A stretch of 62,307 nucleotides of DNA, filler included. It is 3 parts of 3 records of this genome, joined end to end, with 100 filler letters (N's around TTAATTAATTAA, not from the genome) between each part and the next. Parts side by side here need not be neighbours in the genome. Positions count along the whole stretch, not along the records: positions 22,878 to 49,355 come from SRR20825019_983; positions 49,456 to 62,307 come from SRR20825019_992; 1 more part is not named here. One strand, given 5' to 3'. A program made the translations under genes and the position numbers. The stretch's first letter is position 1. Each line of letters begins with the position of its first letter. Of this stretch, positions 47,101 to 56,000 are shown piece after piece. The notes under the pieces are model-generated. The model had not been told where the DNA came from, searched no databases, and saw nothing but the letters and a program-made list of their open reading frames with translations.

Positions 47101-49322
47101 TTCAAAGAGAAGGTCTTCAATATCGACAGGATCTCCGAGACCCAGGGCTTCACGCTTTTCCCTCTGGATCTCGCTCAGCATATGAGTAATTTCGTAATCA
47201 TGGAACAACCGGACTGCAAGATACGTCAATACGAAATCACTACAACTGCATCGCCATTACATACTTGCTACGTGAAGAATTTGACTGCCCATGTTCAATG
47301 CTTCAACCCGCTGCTCATCTGGAAGGCCAACAATAGTGGTATTTAAAGCGAATAAAACGCTAAAGAGATCCGTCGCATCAATGAACCCTCCATTGCGGTT
47401 CTATAGATGGAAACTCAATTTGTGATATGCCGCCAATCAAACGACTGTCATACCTCATTGTTACTCAACTTGAGGACGAAGGCATTGGAGGTTTGCTCAG
47501 ATGCTTCGTTGGTAGCAGTGCGGCACGTAAGCGCTACCAACTCACGAGGGAGTGTCGTGAACTTGTTGTGCGAGATATCAAGCTCAGAAAGAGACGGCAT
47601 GTGTGCATGCATAGCCTCCACCCAATGTGGGTCCAGGTCCTCAAAATTTTGCTTATATAGAATCAACCTTCTAATGTTAGATATCTCTTTGTAGAGATCG
47701 TACTTTCGACCAAAGTAAACCTCCGGCCCAGCAGCCAAGGTGATCAGATGCCTGCCTAGTTTCTCTACAGCATCCCCTTCACTACTGCTTATCATGCTAA
47801 AGTGCGGGTCCGACTCCTTGAACTTGGCCCATCCTGATTTGGCTACGGTGGTGATCCTAAAGAGATCGTAACAGTGCTGTGGCTGCGATATGAACCCCAG
47901 TCTATATGCCTTCTCATTCCCTCGCAAATCCAACGCCAACTTCGGGCATAAACCATAACCGCCGTCATTCTAGGTATTGTTGTTAATCGACGTAAGCTGC
48001 ATCATCAGCACAAAATTGAATAAAGCATCATACCTTTCCTTCCTCATCCATCTTCTTCTCGATCAATGCCTTGCGCTTGCGGAGGAATGGGATGATGAAA
48101 TTCTCTACCGCAGACACGGTGATGTTATTATTTCTAAGATCAAGTGAGAGCAGAGTCGTGTTGTCCACCAATGCCTCGAATAGCTTAATTATTCCCAACT
48201 TTCCGATCCCATTATCTCCGAGACACAGCTCCTTGAGAGTCCGAATATTCAAAAGCTTGCAAGCCACCTTCATGCCTGATGAGAGAACGTCAGAACATGA
48301 ATGAATACCAGAATGCTTATAGGAACTTACCGCTGCCATCAGCTCTTCCAAGCTTGCATGATGTTAGATTCAGGTTCTGGATAGCGCACTTTTCTTGGAG
48401 ACTGTCGGACAAATCTCCCAGCTCATCGAGTGACATTTGAACACCTCGCAGATCCAAAACAGTAAGATTACGCTGGTGTGTGATCCCGGCGATGGACCCG
48501 GCAAACTTGGCTGCGGAGAAAAGGCATTCAACGGAGATGCTTACGTTTGAACATGCGGAAATCTCACCAATGCTAAAGGTCGAGGCAAACGACGTGTTCA
48601 GCACTTGCAGTGCCTCACTCTGCTCTATGAAGTTATTCATAGAGAAATACCCAATCTCATTGTTCCCAACTTTCAACTCCCGGAGTGTCTCCTTCTGCTT
48701 CATCAATGCCGGAAACACCTTTGCAAAGTCCTCCTTGCGAAGGCCATTGCCCTGCAGCTGCAGGGATCGGAGAGCTATCTGCAACCTTGGGTCAAATCAT
48801 AACACATCGACTAAATGATCAAACCATTCATACGTGTTTGCATTGAAGGAGAGCCGCAAGAGCATCTACCTTAACAATAGTTTCGGCACGGCTATTCTGG
48901 GCATACCGTGCCATGTCTAGAGAAAAATTATCAAAATGCGAAGGCGAGAAGGTGGCTAGACTCCTTATGATTTCTAACAGAACCGAACCGTAAGTGAAAG
49001 ACAGCAAGATATAGCGGGAATGCGCCTACGTTCAAATAAACGTGCTGACAACAGTGAAGATCTAAAGGATAGACGGTGAAGCCGAGCCCCGCCGGTAGTA
49101 ACCATATCCTTGACCAGCTGAATCAGTCGGTTAACGTCCTCCATGTCTATAAACTTTGCATTCTTAGCGAGCAAGTCTTCGAACACTCGAATCTGACCAA
49201 CAGGCCCATTTAGAATATGTACAAGGTGATAATACCCATTCAATCACCTTGAGGTCAATGCAGCCATCTTCTGGGCGAGTGTGAGCCACGAGAGTCTCAT
49301 AGAACTCGTGGGTTGGTTCCAT
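41123..49322 (-). CDS. LRR + ankyrin + polycystin-2 (TRPP)-type cation channel + Nudix-like domain, ~17 introns, ~2,400 aa
   Basis: Exons from ATG 49322 splice in frame through GT-AG introns; LRRs (LKELCLGDNGIG, LLSLDLRNNNIT, LSELDISHNKFTTLP); ankyrins (RTPLHIACMYG, RTPFHFAAIGGH, KTAMHYAV); polycystin motifs LGVVRLRQVRV, TRALFIEMAYYN, SMWNYWD, LRMLIGDFD, LLNLLIGVL. Confidence 0.85.
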
Positions 49323-49329
49323 CGTGCTC

Positions 49330-49355
49330 AACACACACACACACACACACACACA
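49330..49355. repeat. (CA)n microsatellite at contig end
   Basis: acacacac run directly upstream of the channel start codon and at the assembly break. Confidence 0.9.
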
Positions 49356-49455
49356 NNNNNNNNNNNNNNNNNNNNNNNNNNNNNNNNNNNNNNNNNNNNT
49401 TAATTAATTAANNNNNNNNNNNNNNNNNNNNNNNNNNNNNNNNNNNNNNNNNNNN
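49356..49455. other. Artificial contig spacer
   Basis: 100-nt N run with TTAATTAATTAA at 49400-49411. Confidence 0.98.
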
Positions 49456-49670
49456 TGCTCTACAAATGCAATAATTTACACTTTTTTCTCTTTGCCACAT
49501 GTTTCCAACTTAAGATGTGCTTTTTTTGAAGCCTAATCTGCTTCTCTTATCCTTAACTATTGTAAACCTACATTGCATGTACATTTCTGCTTATCTTTCT
49601 GTTTAGTTATGTTGATATCTTACCTTCACTATGAATACCTTTATTATTTATCTAGAACAATCAATCGTCG

Positions 49671-51242
49671 ATGCCCAAACCGCTCAGCCGCCTATTCGGG
49701 CCCAAGTTGCTCAACCAGTCCAAGGAACTCGTAGACACGGATACCACTCTACCTGTCGGGAAGCCGGCAGATGGGGCCAAACAGCCCAAGTATGTTCTAG
49801 TGTTGTTCAGTGCCGAGTGGTGCCCAGCATGCCGTACATTCCTCAATCCTCTTAAGGAGTTCTATAAGAATCACAAGGAGGCCAAAGGCTTCGAGGTGGT
49901 ATTCGTTTCCCGAGACAACACCCGTGAGGAGTTCCGTGATTACTTCCACAACCATCATGGAGGCTGGCTATCCGTCCCCTATGAGAACACTGCCCGCCTT
50001 CGTGCCAAGCTGGCCAAGAGGTACAAGATCCAGGGCATACCCTCCCTCATCGTACTAAACGCCGAGGATGGAGGGGGCCTCATTACCAGGATGGGCCGTC
50101 AGCAGGTGCTAAGGGACCTTAACGAAGCCGCCTATTTCCCCTGGAAGCCTCGTGATGTGGGAGATATCCTGAGGGACGTGCCCATTATGAACAAGGCCGA
50201 TAAGCGCATAGATATAGCCGGTGGGGAGAAGGCCGACGGTACCGTCAATAAGAGCGGTCTGCGCTATGTGGCTCTCTTCTTCGGCTCCCGTGGATCGAGT
50301 GCCTCTCGAGTATTCACTCCCCTGCTGAAACAGCTCTACCCTCTTGTCAAGGCTGCCCATGGAGATGCCGCTGAGTTTGTGTATGTCGGTGCTGATGCCA
50401 CTGAGGCCGAGTACAAGACCAACACCGACAGCATGCCATGGGCACGTGTCCCATTCCAACACGATGGGGTATCCACCCTCATGGAGCTGTTCGGTGGGGG
50501 TGTTCCCAGCCTTGCTACTGCCGACTTGCTAACTGGCGAGATCCTCAATATGAACGCCAGTGATCTCGCTGCTGCCGAGACGGATGTTGACCCAGCCAAC
50601 CCTGACGCCCCCCTTACGAAGACGGCCTTCCCCTGGATGCGTGAGACGTTGCCTGCTGTCGCCTCCCTGGTGATGTCCCCCGCTGTGTTGGAGTCGATTC
50701 AGACCAACCACTGTATCATGCTGGCAACTAACAACGCCCCTAATATCGACGTGTTGGTTGCCGAGGTGGAGTCTGCTGCTAAGATGATTGCCGATGCCAC
50801 TGCCGATATCAAGAAATCACTTGCCGAGGTACGCGCAAGCCAAGATGCTAAGCTCACTGGGGCGAAGGTGGAGGAGGACGCCCCCAAGGAGGACTCTGAC
50901 TCTGACATTGTGGACGAAGATGAGGATGACGACGACAGTGATAGCGATATGGTTGAGGAGGGAAACTCCCAAGCCCAATCCGCCGAGCCACAGATCGTCC
51001 GCACCCTCAAGAAGTCCAAGTGTCTTGTCCAATTTTTCATCTCCGACCATCGCGACCCCAACAGTTTGGACCTTCAAAAGCGTATCACCTCCGTGCTGAA
51101 GGAGGAGCTGCCCGTCTCGGGGGCTATCATCTTCGGTTTTGATCTCAAACACAACAAGAAGTATGGTATTCTCCAAAAGATCACAGCCGGTGATATCGTG
51201 GCCTACACCAAGCAATTCCTTCTTAGTCTTCACGACAAGTAA
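49671..51242 (+). CDS. Nucleoredoxin/tryparedoxin-like multi-thioredoxin-domain protein
   Basis: FSAEWCPACRTF active site; FEVVFVSRD; GIPSL cis-Pro; second domain YVALFFGSRGSSASRVFTP with cysteines replaced. Confidence 0.85.
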   Translation: MPKPLSRLFGPKLLNQSKELVDTDTTLPVGKPADGAKQPKYVLVLFSAEWCPACRTFLNPLKEFYKNHKEAKGFEVVFVSRDNTREEFRDYFHNHHGGWLSVPYENTARLRAKLAKRYKIQGIPSLIVLNAEDGGGLITRMGRQQVLRDLNEAAYFPWKPRDVGDILRDVPIMNKADKRIDIAGGEKADGTVNKSGLRYVALFFGSRGSSASRVFTPLLKQLYPLVKAAHGDAAEFVYVGADATEAEYKTNTDSMPWARVPFQHDGVSTLMELFGGGVPSLATADLLTGEILNMNASDLAAAETDVDPANPDAPLTKTAFPWMRETLPAVASLVMSPAVLESIQTNHCIMLATNNAPNIDVLVAEVESAAKMIADATADIKKSLAEVRASQDAKLTGAKVEEDAPKEDSDSDIVDEDEDDDDSDSDMVEEGNSQAQSAEPQIVRTLKKSKCLVQFFISDHRDPNSLDLQKRITSVLKEELPVSGAIIFGFDLKHNKKYGILQKITAGDIVAYTKQFLLSLHDK

Positions 51243-51354
51243 CAATGAACTATACCTATCTACCGATATCATATTCCCACCTATTATTACTATTGATTTG
51301 TGTATGTTTTGGTCTTTATGCTTTTTCCCCACCATTTTATATTTACAGCGCATT

Positions 51355-53001
51355 ATGGACCTATCAACCAGCTCTATCTACCCCCCAACAGTATGCCCCA
51401 TCGGGGTTGATCATATAACCCGTCCTGGGTGGGTACGGCTATGGCCCTTCCCTACCTTTGAGGAGGGGCCTGCATTGGAGCCTCGATCCCGCGTTGACTC
51501 CTCCCACAGCAATGCCCCCACAGGTATTCTACCCCACGGCGTGAAGGCCCGCAAGGAGGATATGAGCTCCAGCGATGACGACGATGAGAACGCCCTTGCC
51601 AACGGTGTCCTCGAACAGAAGATGAAGCTAAACAACAGGACATCCCTCCCATGCTCAAAGACCACCGCCCATCCCCTAACGTCCGACTGGAACAAGGCCG
51701 AGTCTATTACCCCCGACTTTAAGAAACATCTACGGGGGATCAAGAGCCCCATCGACACCCGTTTTGTGCCCAAGCGGGCTAAAGTCGAATTTACGTCGTT
51801 CCTTGAAATTCTGCTACCACAAATCGAACTGAACGAGAGTCGATCTACCATTACCTCCTCGAGACCTTCCCATTCACGCCCACAGTCTGCCTTCTCCACC
51901 ACGGGCGGTAGAAGTACTGTTAGAAGTACCACTGTGCCTAGCGTGACAATCGACGAGATATCTACCCTTATCACAGTGGGGGCAGGTAGACAAGGGCCCT
52001 CTACCCCAGGCACATCAGGAGTGCTCACTGGGTCGTCGACACTTGCGGACGTACCCACCAAACACATGCATATATCGTGGCTGGGTAAGAGGGAGGGGCT
52101 CAGTAGACGTGTCCACCCCCCTGCTGTACTACTTACCCTAAATAATCTGAGCACCAAGTTACTTACACACGGCCCAAAGGACTGCCTCATCAACAGTCCC
52201 CGATCCGCTGTAGTGCTCTTTAGGAATGGGGTGGCCATCAACGAGCTGCTCCCCTCCCCTGCCATAGTGAGGGCTGTGGAGGCTCATACCGCCGAGCAGG
52301 AGGCCATAGCCAAGAACCTTCGCAGCAGTTCCCGTAAGTCGATAGCAGAACAGGCCTTGCACAGGGACACCGTCAGGGCAGTGGGTGCTCTCGACCCCCT
52401 CGAGTGCAAGCGGGAGTTGAAGAGGGCCCGCCTATTCGGTAAGATGCTCCTTGAGTACCACCAGGTGTGTGACGATGTTCCTTTTGAGGACATACTATCC
52501 TTTGCAAATGACTACGATGCATCCCGCCCCAGCTCGGCCCTTCGAATTGAGCTCCCGCCGAGTCTAGCTCCACCTCACCTTCAGGGGTCCAAAAGCAGGT
52601 TGCTGCCTGAGGATGTACTGGCATCTCGATTTGGAGAACAGTTCACAAAACATACTGAGTTCCAATCACGGGTAGTTAACATCCGCAAGATGCAACGAGA
52701 GGATAAAGAGCAGTTGCAGAGGCACACATTACATAGGATGCAGTCCAAGCAGCATCGTGTGGATGAGGCATGCCGGGCTAGACGGGCCCTACTCGATTCA
52801 AAGAGGGAGGCATCGCGTATCAACGACTCCCTCAGGGCAGACGAGCTACACCATGTACGATCGAAGAGTGCATTTCATACGTTGGTTAAACTTGAAGCCA
52901 CAGTGCGGAGGACGGACGAGGCAGGAAGTTTAGGGCGGGCACGAAGTGCAATGCGAAAACGTTACAACGACGAGTTGGTGCGTTCTGTACAACCCATGTA
53001 A
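51355..53001 (+). CDS. Hypothetical protein with C-terminal coiled coil
   Basis: Intronless ORF; ATG 51355 follows a pyrimidine tract and AG (51347-51348), as expected for a trans-splice acceptor. Confidence 0.7.
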   Translation: MDLSTSSIYPPTVCPIGVDHITRPGWVRLWPFPTFEEGPALEPRSRVDSSHSNAPTGILPHGVKARKEDMSSSDDDDENALANGVLEQKMKLNNRTSLPCSKTTAHPLTSDWNKAESITPDFKKHLRGIKSPIDTRFVPKRAKVEFTSFLEILLPQIELNESRSTITSSRPSHSRPQSAFSTTGGRSTVRSTTVPSVTIDEISTLITVGAGRQGPSTPGTSGVLTGSSTLADVPTKHMHISWLGKREGLSRRVHPPAVLLTLNNLSTKLLTHGPKDCLINSPRSAVVLFRNGVAINELLPSPAIVRAVEAHTAEQEAIAKNLRSSSRKSIAEQALHRDTVRAVGALDPLECKRELKRARLFGKMLLEYHQVCDDVPFEDILSFANDYDASRPSSALRIELPPSLAPPHLQGSKSRLLPEDVLASRFGEQFTKHTEFQSRVVNIRKMQREDKEQLQRHTLHRMQSKQHRVDEACRARRALLDSKREASRINDSLRADELHHVRSKSAFHTLVKLEATVRRTDEAGSLGRARSAMRKRYNDELVRSVQPM

Positions 53002-53083
53002 ATTAACATTTATGTAACTGGATTGCCTGTTGCGATGTGTGGGAATAATGTGGTGACCTATTTGTTGTCCCCCTAAGTTAGCC

Positions 53084-56000
53084 ATGCTCTGCGAGACCAA
53101 ACCATCTGCCAAGTTAGTTTTCAAAGACGGTACGTGCTACGAAGGTCTATCCTTCGGCGCACCTACCAGTGTTGCGGGAGAAGTAGTCTTCTCCACCGGT
53201 ATGGTGGGCTACCCCGAAGCCCTCACCGACCCCTCCTTCTCTGGCCAAATGCTAGTTCTTACCTACCCTATGATAGGTAACTACGGTATTCCCAGCCTGG
53301 AGAAGGACGCCTTCGGTGTCACCAAGCACTTCGAGTCTGACGGAGGTCAGATCCACGCCTCTGCGGTTATCGTCTCCGAGTGTTGCTTCGAGTCGGACCA
53401 CTGGCAGCAAGTGCAGACCCTTGACAGCTGGCTCAAGGCCCAAGGCATTCCCGGTATTATGATGGTGGACACCCGTGCCATCGTCCTCAAGCTACGCGAG
53501 ATGGGAACTGCCCTCGGCAAGATCATTGTTGGCGATAACGAGGTTCCCTTCGTGGACCCTAACACCAAGCTCCTAACTGAAGTCGTCAGCACCAAGACCA
53601 AGAAGACGTACGGTCACGGTAACATAACTATTCTTTGCCTCGACATGGGGATTAAACTTAACATCATTCGCTGCTTCCTCCGCAACGATGTCACCTTCGT
53701 GGTTGTCCCTCATGACTGGGACATCACTACCGAACACTACGACGGCCTCTTCATCTCCAACGGCCCCGGTAACCCAGAGATGTGCCACGCCACCATCCGC
53801 AGCCTTCGTTGGGCCATTCAGCAGAACAAGCCTATATTCGGTGTGTGCATGGGTAACCAAGTACTTGCCCTTGCCGCTGGTGGATCTACCTACAAGATGA
53901 AGTATGGTCATCGTGGCCAGAACCAGCCCTGTCGTGCCCCCGATGGTCGCGTTGTCATCACCACCCAGAACCACGGATTCGCTGTTAACGCTGGTACCCT
54001 CCCTGCTGAGTGGGAAGAGTGCTATATCAACCCCAACGACAACACCAACGAGGGTATCCGTCATCGTACCAAGCCATTCTCCGCGGTGCAGTTCCACCCC
54101 GAAGGTCGCTGCGGTCCCCAGGATACCGAGTTCCTGATCCGTGACTTCGTTGATGAGGTGAAGAAGTCCAAGATCGAGGAGGTTGTCAACTGGAAGCCCA
54201 AGAAGGTTCTCGTGCTAGGTGCAGGTGGTATCACTATTGCCCAAGCCGGTGAGTTCGACTATAGCGGCTCCCAGTGTCTTAAGTCCCTCAAGGAGGAGGG
54301 CATCGAGACTATCCTTGTGAACCCTAACATCGCCACCGTCCAAACTGATGACGAGATGGCCGACAAGGTTTACTTTGTCCCAGTCACCCCCGAGAGCGTT
54401 GAGGCCGTTATCGAGAAGGAGCGTCCTGACGGTATCCTCCTCGGCTGGGGAGGTCAGACCGCCCTGAACTGTGGAGTGCAGCTGGAGGAGAGGGGTATCC
54501 TTAAGAAGTATAGCGTCCGTGTCCTCGGCACCCCCGTGTCCACCATCGCCGTTACCGAGGACCGTGAACTCTTCCGCGATGCCCTGAAGCAGATCAACGA
54601 GCACGTCGCCAGGTCCATGGCTGTCACATCTGTCGATGCCGCCGCTGTTGCCGCAGAGACCATTGGTTATCCCGTCATGGTCCGTGCTGCCTTCTGCCTT
54701 GGAGGCCAGGGAAGTGGTATCGTGGCCAACGAGGAGGAGCTTCGTGTTAAGGTAGCCACCGCCCTCTCCGCTTCCCCCCAGGTACTTGTGGAGGAGAGCG
54801 TCGCTGGATGGAAGGAAGTGGAGTACGAGGTTGTCCGTGATATCTACGACAACTGTATTACCGTCTGTAACATGGAGAACTTCGACCCCATGGGTATCCA
54901 TACTGGTGAGTCCATCGTCATCGCCCCCTCTCAGACACTTACCAACGACGAGTACCACATGCTCCGTACCGCCTCCATCAAGATCATCCGCCACCTGGGA
55001 GTTGTCGGCGAGTGCAACGTCCAGTACGGTCTGGACCCCTACTCTCACCGTTACGTAGTGATTGAGGTCAACGCCCGTCTATCCCGATCATCTGCCCTTG
55101 CGTCCAAGGCCACTGGATATCCCCTTGCCCATGTTGCCGCCAAGCTTGCTCTCGGAAAGGGACTCCCCGATATTGCCAACGGTGTCACCAAGACCACCAC
55201 TGCCTGCTTCGAGCCCTCATTGGATTACTGCGCCATCAAGATGCCCCGCTGGGACCTCAACAAGTTCAACAAGGTAAGCAACGAGATTGGGTCTATGATG
55301 AAGAGTGTTGGTGAGGTCATGGCCCTCGGTCGTACCTTTGAGGAGACTATCCAGAAGGCCCTCCGCATGGTCGACCCCTCCCACGTCGGATTCAGCTGCC
55401 CTACCTCATTCCCAGCGGACTGGGACTACAAGGCCATCATCGCCAAGCCCACCCCCGATCGTATCTGGGCCATCTGCCGCGCACTAAATGAGGGCGTCTC
55501 CATTGACGAGATCCACGACTTGTCTAAGATCAACAAGTTTTTCTTGGCCAAGCTTGACAGCATCGTCAAGACTGAGAAGCGTCTCAAGGCCCAGTATGCT
55601 AACGTTGAGGACATGCCCATCAAGATCCTGAGGGAGGCCAAGGCCAAGGGTTTCAGTGATCGCCATCTCGCCCTTACCCTCTCTACCACCGAGGAGGCTG
55701 TCCGTAAGTATCGCCATGACAACAACGTCCTTCCCGTTGTAAAGCAGATCGATACCGTTGCCGGAGAGACATCCGCCCAGACCAACTACCTCTACACCTC
55801 ATACAACGCCCAGATCGACGACGTCAGCTTCGGAGACCAGTTCTACGTTATTTTAGGTTGTGGAGTGTACCGCATTGGTAACAGTGTCGAGTTCGACTAT
55901 GGAGGAGTGCTTGTTGCCAGGGAGCTACGCCGTCTTGGCCACAAGGTCATCATGATTAACTACAACCCCGAGACCGTCTCCACCGATTACGATGAATGTG

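Noticed and set aside
24026-49322. Stop-codon reassignment or widespread pseudogenisation explaining fragmented ORFs
   Set aside because: Where checked, interruptions fall within short GT-AG introns that restore the frame, and genes end at normal TAG/TGA
22778-49455. Bacterial DNA beside eukaryotic DNA suggesting horizontal transfer or an endosymbiont insertion
   Set aside because: Both junctions are 100-nt N spacers with TTAATTAATTAA and rimO is cut at the edge, so this is artificial concatenation
51139-51354. N-terminal extension of the 620-aa ORF overlapping the upstream gene
   Set aside because: Runs through AT-rich spacer and pyrimidine tract; ATG 51355 after the AG acceptor is more plausible
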